Below are positions 23,831 to 35,599 of a stretch of 64,000 bases of DNA, in pieces. How positions within the stretch are numbered: position 1 is the stretch's first letter; every line of letters begins with the position of its first letter. The stretch is from Felis catus. Lineage: Eukaryota. The translations under genes and the position numbers were made by a program. Below the pieces are notes generated by a model, which saw only the letters and a list, made by a program, of their open reading frames with translations, ran no database searches and was not told the origin of the DNA. Location: NCBI RefSeq assembly GCF_018350175.1, contig NC_058383.1, positions 21,888,001-21,952,000 on the forward strand, given 5' to 3'.

Positions 23831-24073
23831 GTGGCTTTGCCAGGGAGCTAGTGGCTCCTATGGACCCTCCACGCAGGAGACAAACCCAGCTGGGCGTCTG
23901 TCACCGTTTGGTGAGGTTATCATGATACTTCTCTTTCTTGTTTCTTTTCCTGTGCCATATCAGTGGGTGAATTTAAGAATAAAATACAAGGCATCTTGAA
24001 TTTATTTAGTCTCAGTGCACCAGCTTCATGGGTGGAAACTTACTCCTAGGATCATGTAATCATGTGTTAATCC

Positions 24074-24165
24074 AAAAAATAAAATAAAATAAAATAAAAT
24101 AAAATAAAATAAAATAAAATAAAATAAAATAAAATAAAATAAAATAAAATAAAATAAAATAAAAT
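24074..24165 (+). repeat. (AAAAT)~18 pentanucleotide microsatellite
   Basis: Seen directly; flanked by a 12-bp direct repeat. Confidence 0.95.
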
Positions 24166-24354
24166 GCATGTGTTAATCTTGTTTGCTCTGCCTGACTCAT
24201 GGGCAGTCAGAGCTGAGTACATGGGCTTTGGAGACAAAAAAAATTCTGAATGAGAAACCTAGCTCCATTTATCTACCTTCTGTATGACTTTGGGAATGCC
24301 ACTTAAACTCTGAGTTTTAGTTTGTCGGGAGGACTGTAGAAGCATGCAGAGAGT

Positions 24355-24605
24355 GGGGCGCCTGGGTGGCTCAGTCGGTTGAGCAGCCGACTTCAGCTCA
24401 GGTCATGATCTCGTGGCCCGTGAGTTCGAGCCCCGCGTCGGGCTCTGTGCTGACAGCTCAGAGCCTGGAGCCTGTTTCAGATTCTGTGTCTCCCTCTCTC
24501 TGACCCTCCCCCATTCATGCTCTGTCTCTGTCTCAAAAAATAAATAAACGTTAAAAAAAAATTAAAAAAAAAAAGAAAGGTTAAGTGTATCATATAAAAA
24601 AAAAA
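24355..24605 (+). mobile_element. Can-SINE with double A tail
   Basis: TSD agaagcatgcagagag at 24338 and 24606. Confidence 0.95.
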
Positions 24606-24724
24606 AGAAGCATGCAGAGAGAACTGGGTGCAAATCCTGGCTTCTGGGGCACTAGACAATTCCTATTGATCTGGATCCTGGGTTTCCTGGAGAATGGGTT
24701 TCCTGTCTGTGGGTGGATTGTGTA

Positions 24725-25148
24725 ATGATATGTGTCCTGAGCACATAGAACCGTATTGGCTCAGAGTCCTGAGAAGTTTGGGCTGCAGTCAACATTCAGG
24801 CTCAAACAGTGTGACCATCCTGACTCTCTGTCTTTCTCTGTAGGTCAGCTTCAGCCTCGGGCCATCTCTACATGGAGGCAAGATGGCTGTGACATATTCA
24901 GAGGAAGATAAGAGCTCCTACTTCCCCAGACACCACTTCAAGTCCCATAGGCTCTGATAGGTCACGCGCCTGTCTCTGAACTTCCATGTGGGGGATGAGG
25001 TTAGCTGATTGGCTGAAGCCAATGGGACCCACTCCTGGAGCTAGGGATGTGGTCACCCCCAAATAACTATATGGCAGTCTATAGCTCTTCCAGAGGGAAA
25101 CTGGGTTGTAGTTATCAAAAAGACAGCCCAAACAACAGATGTCCACTG
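24725..25148 (-). mobile_element. Old MLT1 (K/L-like) LTR fragment
   Basis: ggcaagatggctg..ctctgataggtcac..gctgattggctgaagcc. Confidence 0.5.
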
Positions 25149-25441
25149 CAAAGAATGTGTTTGAAGGATGAGTTAATTGGGCCTAATTATGGCCCAATTT
25201 TGATTTGTTTTTTGAAATTATGAACTGATTTCTTCCGATGATAGATGAACTAATCATGGTCTCTGGCGGTTTCCCTTCATATCCTCCATAGCTGACTTCT
25301 AGAGTTTCCTTTTCTTGCTTGGCCCGCGCCAGTGAATGTTTTGCTCCCCCATGGCATTGTTGGTGTCTTTCTCACCCACAACTTCATTGGACACCCCCAG
25401 ACCAATGGAATGAAGAGCAACCCATGAGGGATCTCAGTATT

Positions 25442-25672
25442 GTTTTTTAATGTTTATTTATTTGAAAGGGTGAGAGAGAGAACACACATGCAAGCACAAA
25501 CATGAGTGGGGGAGGGGCACAGAGAGAGGGAGAGAGAGAGAGAATTCCAAGCAGGCTCTGCACTGTCAGTGCAGAGCCTAATTCAGGGGCTCGATCCCAC
25601 AAACCACAAGATCATGACCTTAGCCAAAATCAAGAGTGAGACACTCAAACCAACTGAGTCACCCAGGTGCCC
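25442..25672 (-). mobile_element. Can-SINE
   Basis: Reverse-complement body and head. Confidence 0.9.
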
Positions 25673-25770
25673 AGAGAGCCAGGTATTTTTGAACTTGCAA
25701 TATTTGTCTTTGAAAGAACAACAAACTTTTTGTCTCCAAAGCCTGTGATATACATACATATACATACAAA

Positions 25771-25775
25771 TATGT

Positions 25776-25808
<33 letters not shown>

Positions 25809-25819
25809 ATGTGTGTGTA
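25771..25819. repeat. (TG)n(CG)n compound microsatellite
   Basis: Seen directly. Confidence 0.9.
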
Positions 25820-25974
25820 TTGGAGACAAAAATTGTACATACCCAAAATAACATACTTTAATATGGATAAGTAAACTTTTGGGGTCTCAGTTTCTTATTT
25901 GTAAAATTTTGCAGTAGAAATAGATGCTAAGTTCTTTTTCAGCATGAAAGCCCTTTGGAGAGGCAGCACTATGG

Positions 25975-26430
25975 TATAACAATAGTCATGGCCAAAAGTA
26001 ATTATCAAGTACTCACTGGACACTGCCCTAAACTCTGATGTGTCTAGTACTTTATCTCATTGACTCTTCACAACAACTATGTGAGGTGTGAACTATTATC
26101 AGTCCCTTTTAGAGATGAGAAAATTGAGGATTAAGGAAGTCCAGTTCAAGGTCACATGGTAGGTAGGTGGCTAGGTACTGGAATTCAGGTTGACAAGATT
26201 CCAGAGTCTGTTTCTCATCACACCATATTGTCACTGCAGCTTCTGTTGGGGAAGAAAGGACTCAGAAAAAGCTGGACTTGAATTCTATGTGACTTTGGGG
26301 AAGTTACTTAATCTCTCTGAGCTTTCAGAAGATGTAAGATGGAAATAATGACTACCTTGAGGGTAAAGGGTTAGCATTAAGGTAGCTGAATGAATGAAAG
26401 TAAAAATTTTGGCACATAGTAGGTACTCAA
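25975..26430. mobile_element. Two MIR fragments (minus, then plus)
   Basis: agatgagaaaattgagg core; gtgactttggggaagttacttaatctctctgagc. Confidence 0.7.
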
Positions 26431-26739
26431 AAGGGATATCTATCACAAAGACCCATTAAACTAAGCCAATTAGTAGAATACATTGGTACCGGGCACACAA
26501 GAACCCTGTGAATGAATCCCTGGCCTCTGAGTCACTGCTCTGAATGCCCATCCTTACTAGGTGTGTTTGTGAAAGCAATGTTCTTTAATAAAACTTTGCC
26601 TGTTTCAAACTGTGTTTTGACACAGACAATTGACAAGTGATGGAGTAGGGGTAACATTTTTAAAATACCCATACCAATGAATGCTGGTTTGCAAACAGAA
26701 GTGTTTTTCCTCTTTCAGTAATCTGGGTCATTCATAGGG

Positions 26740-27840
26740 AACTGTGAAGGGGAACCATTTTCTCTGCTGAGGCTAGACCATGATATTCCTTTTTCCAGGC
26801 AAGAGGAGGGGTAAAGACACCTGGTAGCCATAGGATAGGGAAGAAGGGGATATGATATGTGGGAGCATTCTGAACAGACAGGGAGGGAGCAGACAAGTGT
26901 CTGACATTTGGTCTGGGGGGGTTGACGTAAGAGGAAGAGAGGGAGGACAAGGGGGTCAGAACGTTCCTCTTCCTCGCTCTGGACCAGAACTCCTGCTGGG
27001 TCAGTGGAGGGTGTGAATTAGAAATAACTAGAGGCATTTGGAGGAAACGCTAGAGCAGTGGCTTTGGGCCCTAAGCCCTATTTGGGACTCTGGGATGACA
27101 GTGAGTCATAAGGAGCCCTACGCCGATCTGGGGAGGCTGCATTACCATTGGTGGTGTGGTGTGCTTATGCAGAGACAGTCTGTGATGGCCTCTGTCAATT
27201 CCCAGTGTCTAGGAACACTCCCGCGTCCCTCTCCACCATCACCAAAGGCACAAAGAAAGCAATTGAATGTGTTAGCTGTCCTTTTATTACGAGGTCAAAA
27301 TGACCCTGTAGCTAAGAGCTGCACGATGGATTCCGCGGGACAGGAAGACTGAAATGAAGTCACAACCAAGTCCCAGAGGCATCCACAAAGCCAGTGGAAA
27401 CTAAGGTGGTTCATGCCCAGCCATCCAGGAGTATAATCCAAGTAGGAGGACTGACCATGAGTTCTACTAACTTGGTAATCAGCAGCAGAGACCCAAAGAA
27501 GTGCCAGTGATGATGCAACAAGGGACATCTCTTTGGAAGGCAGTGAGGGTCCCAGAGACAGTATGAGGGGCATGTGGACCTCCTTTTTTCCCAAACCCCA
27601 TCATCAGGAGGAAGTGTAAGACTCTCTGTGCAACTAGATGGCGTCTTGACAGGGAGAATGAGGAACCAAGCCTGGAGATGAGAGAGATAGCCCTGGGAGC
27701 GAATCTGACCCCAAAGTTGGATTAAATATTTATCCCAAAGAAATCGAGCCAACCTGAGAGAGACTGTTCCAAATGGTGACTGAGTTACCCTAATTGGAGA
27801 TTAAGATTTTCCCACCTTTGCTATCAAGATTTGTTGCGAT
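26740..27840. mobile_element. Ancient LTR, possibly Gypsy-type (MamGypLTR/LTR85-88-like)
   Basis: Recalled similarity only (gaggctgcattaccat; gactgagttaccct..ttaagattttcccacc). Confidence 0.35.
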
Positions 27841-27929
27841 ACTTTGCAAACAGGATATTTATAGACAAACAAGAAAACTCGTGTTTTGCAACACAGAGTT
27901 GCACCGTGTAGCACGTACCGTTGGCCATC

Positions 27930-28428
27930 CTGGTTTTGGGTGTCCTCTCTTTCTGTACAGTCATTTGTTCAGGGAAAGCGGGCGTCTCCCCCACAACTCA
28001 CAAGCAAATACTGATTAGTCCAAACCGGTCACTGTGCCCCATTCCCATATCAGTGATTGGTTTAGGCATGGCTGTATGCAACCTTTATGGCCATGAAACA
28101 CTGGGGCATCCAATTGGGTGGGCATCTGGGAAGATTTTCCACGTTGAAAAGAGAAGGTCTCCATTCTGATGCAGGTCACGAGTGTAACTGTGGCAGGCAA
28201 CTTGGGATGGGGGGGCATGGCTGGTGGTTAGCTGAGGACTAGCAGACACACTGTGAGTTGGGGATAAGAAGCTAGAAGGAATCTGGGTCCTTAATGATGC
28301 CGTTGGACTCCTGGAATGACCCTCCCTACCTCCAACCTTCTTGCTGTGTGACAGCGAGAATAAATCCCCCAAGTTAAAGCTATTTGAGATTAATATGTTA
28401 ACCCACAGCCAAAAGCATCCTAAATGAG
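27930..28428 (+). mobile_element. MLT1J-like LTR
   Basis: agtgattggtttaggcatgg..gggtccttaatgatgccgttg..cagccaaaagcatcctaa. Confidence 0.75.
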
Positions 28429-29096
28429 GTTAGTGTGGCCACATGATTGTGAAAAGGAAGACAGTGAGAACAGTCATTACCATTGAGAACCACTTGGATT
28501 ACCTCCTTCCGGCAAGCTGTGGTAGCAGACTATGGAACCCTCTGGGTTTGATAGCAGCAATGACTTCACATGGTAGCGTCTCACCTTCAATTCCTTTCCT
28601 AGAGGAAGAGACACTTGTTAATTCTTCTTGAACATGAACAGAGGGATCCTTTTTGCCCTTTTAAAATGTATGATTAAAATGTAAAAAAGATACGTTTCTT
28701 CTAGAGTTGCCTAGGAAAGTGAACTGGGAGCAGTTAAACATCAAGCTCACTGCCGTTTTTTGGCTTTAACTGGAATCACCTTTGCCTCTTGCTACGGAAT
28801 AAAGGAAGTCTTAGAACATAAAAGCATTTCAAGAAGAACTGCATCATAACTGCTGAGCTGACCAGAGACAGAAGGCACACACGGACTGGAGCAGTATAAT
28901 TTGGCTCTCTTCTTTAACATTCAGAGTTCTCTCTGACTTTGCAAAATTGTATCTACTTTGGTTGAGCTCAATCCTCCTCCCCAACCCCCCACCATCAAAT
29001 AACATTTCTTGGAGTTCATCACTGCCGGTGCCCTTAGGGCAAATTATTTTGGCATAATTTACTAGCTGGAAAGAAAGAGGGCGGGTGTGGGTGGGG

Positions 29097-29128
<32 letters not shown>

Positions 29129-29149
29129 CAGAGAGGGATTGAGAGAGAG
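29097..29149. repeat. (GA)n microsatellite
   Basis: Seen directly. Confidence 0.9.
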
Positions 29150-29385
29150 AAACTCATTCTTCCAAGGACCGTTTCCATTACAAAATGTCCCAGAATTTCT
29201 TTTTCAGCGGGTCTGCAATTGTAGAACCATGTGGTTCCTTTTGGAAACTCTATTATGTTCTAAGGAAACTTCAAGAGTGATTTGGAGGCCCAGATAGATG
29301 TAAAATTGCCACTATTTCAACCCTCCTTCAATGTAAACAAGCCCAGGTATCATTTATTTTCTACTGGAGGCTTTGAAAAAAGTGC

Positions 29386-29599
29386 TTTTTTTTTTTAATG
29401 TTTATTTATTTTTGAGAGACAGCAAGAGAGAAAATGCGAGTGGGCGAGGGACAGAGAGAGGGAGACACAGAATCTGAAGCAGGCTCCAGGCTCTGAGCCA
29501 TCAGCGCACAGCCTGACATGGGACTCGAACTCACAAACCATGAGATCATGACCTGAGCTGACGTCGGACGCTTAACCAAGTGAGCCGTCCAGGTGCCCC
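29386..29599 (-). mobile_element. Can-SINE
   Basis: Degenerate TSD gaaaaaag..ttttt. Confidence 0.95.
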
Positions 29600-29739
29600 G
29601 AAAAAAGGGGTTTTTAGAAAAAATATTTCCATTATGAAATAAAATTTGAAAACAACAGTGTTATGTAAGAACAAGCAAGTGCACGCAACTCAAATATTAT
29701 TATGTCTTGACCTTTTAGTGTCGTGTAGGTCTCTCGTAC

Positions 29740-29806
29740 AAAGTGCTTTACAAACAGGTGGTAGACAGGATTTGGCTCAAGGGCCGGAGTTTTCTAAGCC
29801 TTGCTC
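29740..29806 (+). mobile_element. MER58A-like end
   Basis: caaacaggtggtagacaggatttggctcaagggcc. Confidence 0.55.
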
Positions 29807-29814
29807 TAAAAGGG

Positions 29815-29839
29815 TACAGTCACAAGCAACAACATGGCT

Positions 29840-29876
<37 letters not shown>

Positions 29877-30465
29877 TTAAAAAATATTGAAGGAAAGACA
29901 CAAAAGAATCTTCCATTTATATAAAGTTCAAAAGCATTAAAAATGAAACTATATTGTTTAGGGGTGCAGAATGAGGTAGCTATACTATCAAGCGAAGCAA
30001 GGAATTGATCATTTAAAAGGTCAAGATGAGGGCACCTGGGTGACTCAGTCAGTTAAGTGTCAGACTTCAGCCCAGGCCATGATCTCTCGGTTCCTGAGTT
30101 TGAGCCCCACGTCGGGCTCTGTGCTGACAGCTTGGAGCCTGGAGCCTGCTTGGGATTCTGTGTCTCCCCCTCTCCCTGCCCCTCCCCTGCTCATGCTCTG
30201 TCTCTCTCTCAAAAATAAGTAAACACACACAAAAAAAAGAAAATGAAAAAAAAAAAGGCCAGGATTGCTGTTATCACTGGAGGGTAGGGAAGAGGAGTAG
30301 AATTGGGAGGGGGGCACACGAGGGACTTTCGGGGTGCGGGCCATTGCCTGATGTTTTGACCTGAATAGCGGTTTCACCGCTATTCATTACACAATTTGTT
30401 AAGTTGTATATTTGTGTGTTATGCACAAAGAGTGCATTCTATTTCTCAATAAAATGTTGAAAAAT
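29815..30465 (+). mobile_element. Old L1 (L1MC/ME) 3' end
   Basis: ccatttatataaagttcaaaa..ttctcaataaaa. Confidence 0.65.
30028..30255 (+). mobile_element. Can-SINE
   Basis: TSD aaaagg(t/c)ca(a/g)gat. Confidence 0.95.
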
Positions 30466-31084
30466 GAATATTAAGAACCATGCACTATGCTATTATGCCC
30501 CATTAACCGATTGCAAATCCTTGTCTTGGGTTGACAAACATTAACCTTTATTTCTGTATCATTCTTATTAGGCGACTCATTGGTATTCAGCCCTGGCTGT
30601 GCACCGGAATCTCTGGTGGAGTATTTCTTTCCCCAAAACACGGATGCCGGAGCCTGTCCTCTTAACATTTTGATTGAGCAGATGCAGGCCTTGGGGGGTC
30701 TGCAGACCCCTCCCCAAGCCACGTTGCCATGCAGCCCCGTCGACAATCTCAGTTTAAACGATGCTGTCTTGCTGCGTTTCTGCGGCACTCCCCTTACTCA
30801 CACGCCTTGCCCCAAATATTCATCCCAACTGACAAGCTGAGCATTTTATTTTTAATTGCACTTGCCTTGAAGTGAGTTTTCCCTTTGAGTAAAAAAGCCC
30901 AGTCCCTATTCAAGATGGTATCTTATCCGGCCTTTATCCAGCTTCCCATTCACCCACTCCTAAACTGCGGCACCTTGAAACTGCCTTTTTAAAAACACTC
31001 ATTTCCTTATTTTAAGCCAAGTGCACATTTTCGGCTCCTTAGACCCACTCTCATCGCTCCTTTCTCCCCGGGAGGCTGTACCCG

Positions 31085-31235
31085 GCATGCCACCCACCCC
31101 GGCTGAGATAAGTGCCTGTTTATCCCCAGCCTTTGTTTCTGGGCTCTAAGTCAGTTTCCTATCACAAGGAAACATTCCTTCCACCCCTATGCTGACTCAT
31201 CTTTATCAGCGTTTACTGGAGAATCTTATCAATAG
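31085..31235. promoter_or_regulatory. Candidate GATA/NF-E2(MARE)/KLF enhancer
   Basis: TGCTGACTCAT at 31190-31200; WGATAR sites at 31106, 31159, 31203, 31226; CACCC boxes at 31091 and 31182. Confidence 0.45.
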
Positions 31236-31391
31236 CCTTTTGAACAACTACATAAATTAAATTCATCCCTCTTATCCTCTCTCCTTTTATTTACCCTCCC
31301 AAACATCTCTGGCAGCTGCGAAACAGATTGACTTCCTCTTGGACTGAACTTCATTTGTCCATTGGAAGGTAATTTCCACTTGTGTTAAAGC

Positions 31392-31530
31392 CACGGTAAC
31401 CATAAGCCCCTGTTTGCCTTGGACCGTCCTGTTTTACGCCTGGTAACTGTTAATAGTGCCCCCTTTTGCATTTAACAAAATGTACTGTACATATATTTTG
31501 GTTTGGATGATAAATTTTGTCGTTACCTTA
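31392..31530 (+). mobile_element. MER94 (hAT-Blackjack)
   Basis: ggtaaccata..gtttgcc..ttaatagtgccccct..ggtttggatgataaatt..gttacctta with inverted ends. Confidence 0.75.
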
Positions 31531-31644
31531 TTAAAATCTGTGCGGCATTGTTGAAAGAGAACAAGAGGAAGGGTCAGGAGACCTGCATCCCCATCACCGT
31601 GAGGCCACAAACTAGCTGTGTGGGTTTGGTCATTATAAATCCTG

Positions 31645-31805
31645 ACTCTCGCAGTGTGGTCCCCAGGCCAGCCGCATCAGCATCAAATTGGGAGGTTGTT
31701 AGACATGGGGAATCTTCAGTCCCACCCCAGACCAACCGAACCAGAATTTGCATTTTAATGACTCCCTGGTGATTTGGATGCACATTACAGTTTTTGAAGC
31801 ACTGT
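31645..31805. mobile_element. MER5A
   Basis: gtgtggtccccagg..cagcatca..tttgcattttaa..gaagcactg. Confidence 0.8.
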
Positions 31806-32692
31806 CCTCAACCTCACCGGGTTTCAGCTTATTAGTAAAATAAAAACTGTCTAGCTTCCACACGGCATTAAAAATAATATCCATGCATTCAATTCTGCAT
31901 TTTAATAACAAACCCACAGGAATAACAGAGAAGTACATTACAAACATGTACTTACATGTAACGTGACTTGCTTAAAAAAAAAAGATAAAATTGAATGAAT
32001 GGAATCTACCCTACAATCAGAGCGCCTCAAACGTCATTTGGTTGTCATCGGTAAGAAATGTACCTGGCTAAGAAGATGCTCCGTGGGGAAGGCAGTTATC
32101 ACAACAGGGGGGCAGCTGTGGGCAGCTAGTACTTCTAGGAACTGGGTATAGTGTTCCTTGTAAAAAGTGTTCCTTGTAAAAAGTAGCTGGGTAGGGCACC
32201 ACTAGCAGCTAATACATATTTTACTAAATTTGATGCGCTCTTTTCTGGTCTCCCTAATCAGTATTAGAAGTACTTACCAATTGCTCTTTGTAACGGTAAC
32301 TTTTAAAGTCCCGTATGAATGCTTTTTGGACATTTTCATGGATGTGTCTCTAATATTTCAAGAGTGGGAGTGATACAGCAAAACAGATCAACTGCTCTCT
32401 GAAAGTTGGCATTTCTTTGAAATTATATGTTTTATCTCTAAACTTCAAATAATTCCATCCTTTTACTGTGAAAGAGAGATTGAGAGAGAAAAGAACGAAA
32501 GAAAGGTACCTGTCTTAAAAATCCAAATGCTGGCATCATCTAGAAAATACTTAACTGTTTTATTTATGATTATCGTAGAATTATTCACTAAACATTTTGA
32601 CTTGCATGAATGCTTTATGCTCCTGCTTTGCATTAAAAATTCCCACACAAATGAAAATGGAAAGAAAAAAACTTGTCACTATCTGTTTTTGG

Positions 32693-32717
32693 TTTTTTTT
32701 TTTTATGTTTATTTCGT

Positions 32718-32753
<36 letters not shown>

Positions 32754-32919
32754 CACGAGTGGGGGAGGGACAGAAAGAGAGGGAGACACAGATTCCAAAG
32801 CAGGCTCCAGGCTCTGAGCTGTCAGCACAGAGCCCGATGCAGGGCTTGAACTCAAGAATCGTGAGATCATGACGGAGCTGAAGTCATATGCTCAACCAAC
32901 TGAGCCACCCAGGTGTCCC
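32693..32919 (-). mobile_element. Can-SINE
   Basis: Reverse-complement body and head. Confidence 0.95.
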
Positions 32920-33131
32920 ATCTGCTTTTTGTGTCTTATTTTTTTATTCTTAGTCTTATGCTAAGATTGTTAGCATTGTTAGTGGGCAAAAACCCACTCA
33001 GAAAGAAGTTGTATTACATTTGGATTTCCAGTAACAGCAAAAAATGGAAAAGGTATCTGCACTGACTTAAGAAGAAAACGTTTGGAACACATACGGTGTA
33101 TATCCTGGGTGTTGTGGGACATGATAGCTCC

Positions 33132-33479
33132 TGCTACAGGCTGTATGTATATTTGTATCCCTTCAAAATTCTTATGTTGAAATTCTCCCAGTGTGATGGC
33201 CTTAGGAGGTGGGGCCTTGGGAGGTGATTAGATCACAAAGGTGGAGCCCCCAGGAAAGAGATGAGTGCCCTAATGAAAGAGGCTCTAGAGAGTTCCCTCC
33301 TGCCCTATGAGGACAAACGGGGAGACAGCTGTCGATAAGCCAGGGAGCAAGCACTCACCAGACACTGAATGTGCAGACACCTTGATCTTGGACTTCGCAG
33401 CTCGCAGAACGGTGAGAAGTTAAAATAAAGCCGTCCAGTCTATGGTATTCTGTTACAGCACCCCAAACCAACTAAGACA
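33132..33479 (+). mobile_element. MLT1A-like LTR
   Basis: ggaggtggggcctt..gaggtgattag..accttgatcttggacttc..actaagaca. Confidence 0.85.
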
Positions 33480-34345
33480 GCTGTTCATTCAGGGTGGGGA
33501 GCAGCAGGAGGGAATCTTCAAACAGGTAAGCCAGGTAGACCTCCCTTCCCTCCTGCTAACTTTCTGGAAGCCCAGATCCCACGTGATGTCCAGGGCAATT
33601 GCTTGCCACAGACACAGGAAGTAAAGTTGAGGAGTTCTTTGATAAAGTCTGGTTTCATGGATCGCCACCACAACAGGCTTGTAGCAACAAGGTTTCATGA
33701 ACATTTTTAAACAGGGTGTGCTCTTATTACAAGTTATTTCTGTAGGGGGTTGTTCCTGGGGTGTTTTTCCACTGGTTGATTGGCTGGCAAACTCTTTATT
33801 GTCACCCAAGGTGACACCTTGTCACCAAGGTGAACATGGTGTAGTTGAATACAGTTTATAGATTCCACCCTCCTCCTCCCCCCGCCCCCAGCATATCTTC
33901 ATAGATATGAAGATTTAATTTTATGGCCCTGAGGCTGGTCAACTCATCCATCTTGTTGGGCCTAGAAACTTCTAATATTCCATTGCCTCCCACCCACCTC
34001 CCGCGTACAAACAGATGACATTTCATAATGGGCGGTAACAGGATAGGAGTTTTGCATATATTCTACAAACACTCATTATGCACTGTGCTTGGGGATGCGG
34101 ACACTCAGGGAGTTTACAGTCCAGTGGGAGAGACAGTCTCCAAGCTAACAAAAACAGTTCCATGAGAGAGAGAGGAAAAAAAAAAGATGTCGCACCCCGT
34201 TTGTAGGGATGTGACATGTCATATCTCACTTATCTGGGAAAGTCAGGGAATAATTTTCAGCAGAGGCGAGGCTTGACCTGAGTCTCAGGGGATAAGTAGG
34301 AGTGAAATAGGCAGGTGAGATCCTTAGGGGGAAGGCCACTGTAGG

Positions 34346-34580
34346 CCAGTGGCTCTCAGTGGAGGGCTACCCCCCCCTCCCTGTTAGGCAATGTCTGGAG
34401 ACATTTTTAGTTTTTGCAATTTGGTGGAGTGTGGGGTGGGGCAAGCAGGGGTGCGTTAGCTACCCAAGAGTGGGTAGAGGTCAGGGATGTTGCTAAACAT
34501 CCTACCAGGCAGGTGCAGGACAGCCCCTATAAGCGTTATGTGGCCCCTAATGTCATTAGGGCCAAGGTTGAGAAGCCTGC
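34346..34580 (+). mobile_element. MER20
   Basis: ggcaatgtctggagacattttt..tgctaaacatcctac..ggttgagaa. Confidence 0.85.
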
Positions 34581-34606
34581 TGTAGAGGAAAGGGCAAGCT
34601 TCTTTA

Positions 34607-35496
34607 TTTATTTTTATTTTATTTTATTTTAGTTTAGTTTAGTTTAGTTTAGTTTAATTTATTGAATTTTTTTAATTTTTGTCCTATTTATTTATTTATT
34701 TATTTATTTTTAAATTTACATCCAAGTTAGCACATGGTGCAACAATGATTTCAGGAGTGGATTCCTTAATGCCCCTGACCCATTTAGCACCCCCCCCCCA
34801 ACCCCTCCAGCAACACTCCGTTTGTTCTCTATGTTTAAGAGTCTCTTACCTTTTGTCCCCCTCCCTGTTTTTATATTATTTTTGCTGCCTTTCCCTTGTG
34901 TTTATCTGTTCTGTGTCTTAAAGTCCTCATATGAGTGAAGTCATATGCTATTTGTCTTCCTCTGACTGGTTTATTTCGCTTAGCATAATACCCTCTAGTT
35001 CCATCCACGTAGTTGCAAATGGCAAGATTTCATTCTTTTTGATTGCCGAGTGATACTCCATTGCATATATATACCACATCTTCTTTATCCATTCATTAGC
35101 CGATGGACATTTGGGCTTTTCCCATACTTTGGCTACGGTCAATAGTGCTGCTATAAACATTGGGGTGCATGTGTCCTTTGGAAACAGCATACCTGTATCC
35201 CTCGGATAAATACCTAGTAGTGAAATTGCTGGATCGTAGGGTAGTTCTATTGTTACTTTTTTGTGGAACCTCCATACTGTTTTCCAGAGTGGCTGCACCA
35301 GTTTGCATTCCCACCAGCAGCGCAAAGAGATCCTTTCTCCGCATCCTTGCCAACATCTGTTGTTGCCTGAGTTGTTAATGTGAGCCATCTGACAGGTGTG
35401 AGGTGGTATCTCATGGTGGTTTTGATTTGCGTTTCCTGATGGTGAGTGATGTTGAGCATTTTTTCATGTGTTGGTTGGCCATCTGGATGTCTTCTT
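34607..35496 (-). mobile_element. 5'-truncated carnivore L1 (ORF2 C-terminus, 3' UTR, tail)
   Basis: ORF 34948..35388 ([44 protein letters not shown]) is the L1 ORF2 end; TSD agggcaa(g/a)cttcttta at 34591 and 35497. Confidence 0.95.
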
Positions 35497-35599
35497 AGGG
35501 CAAACTTCTTTAAAGGACTTGAAGAATCAGGAAATATGAATAGTGTGGAAAACTGACGCAGAGGTAGGTATCTGGTAGTGAGAAGTAAGAAGGGACCTC

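Noticed and set aside
32151..32183. 16-bp tandem duplication gtgttccttgtaaaaa (similar 9-12 bp ones near 11170 and 14215)
   Set aside because: Ordinary slippage duplications with no further structure
34948..35388. 146-aa ORF as a host gene
   Set aside because: It is the L1 ORF2 C-terminus in a 5'-truncated copy
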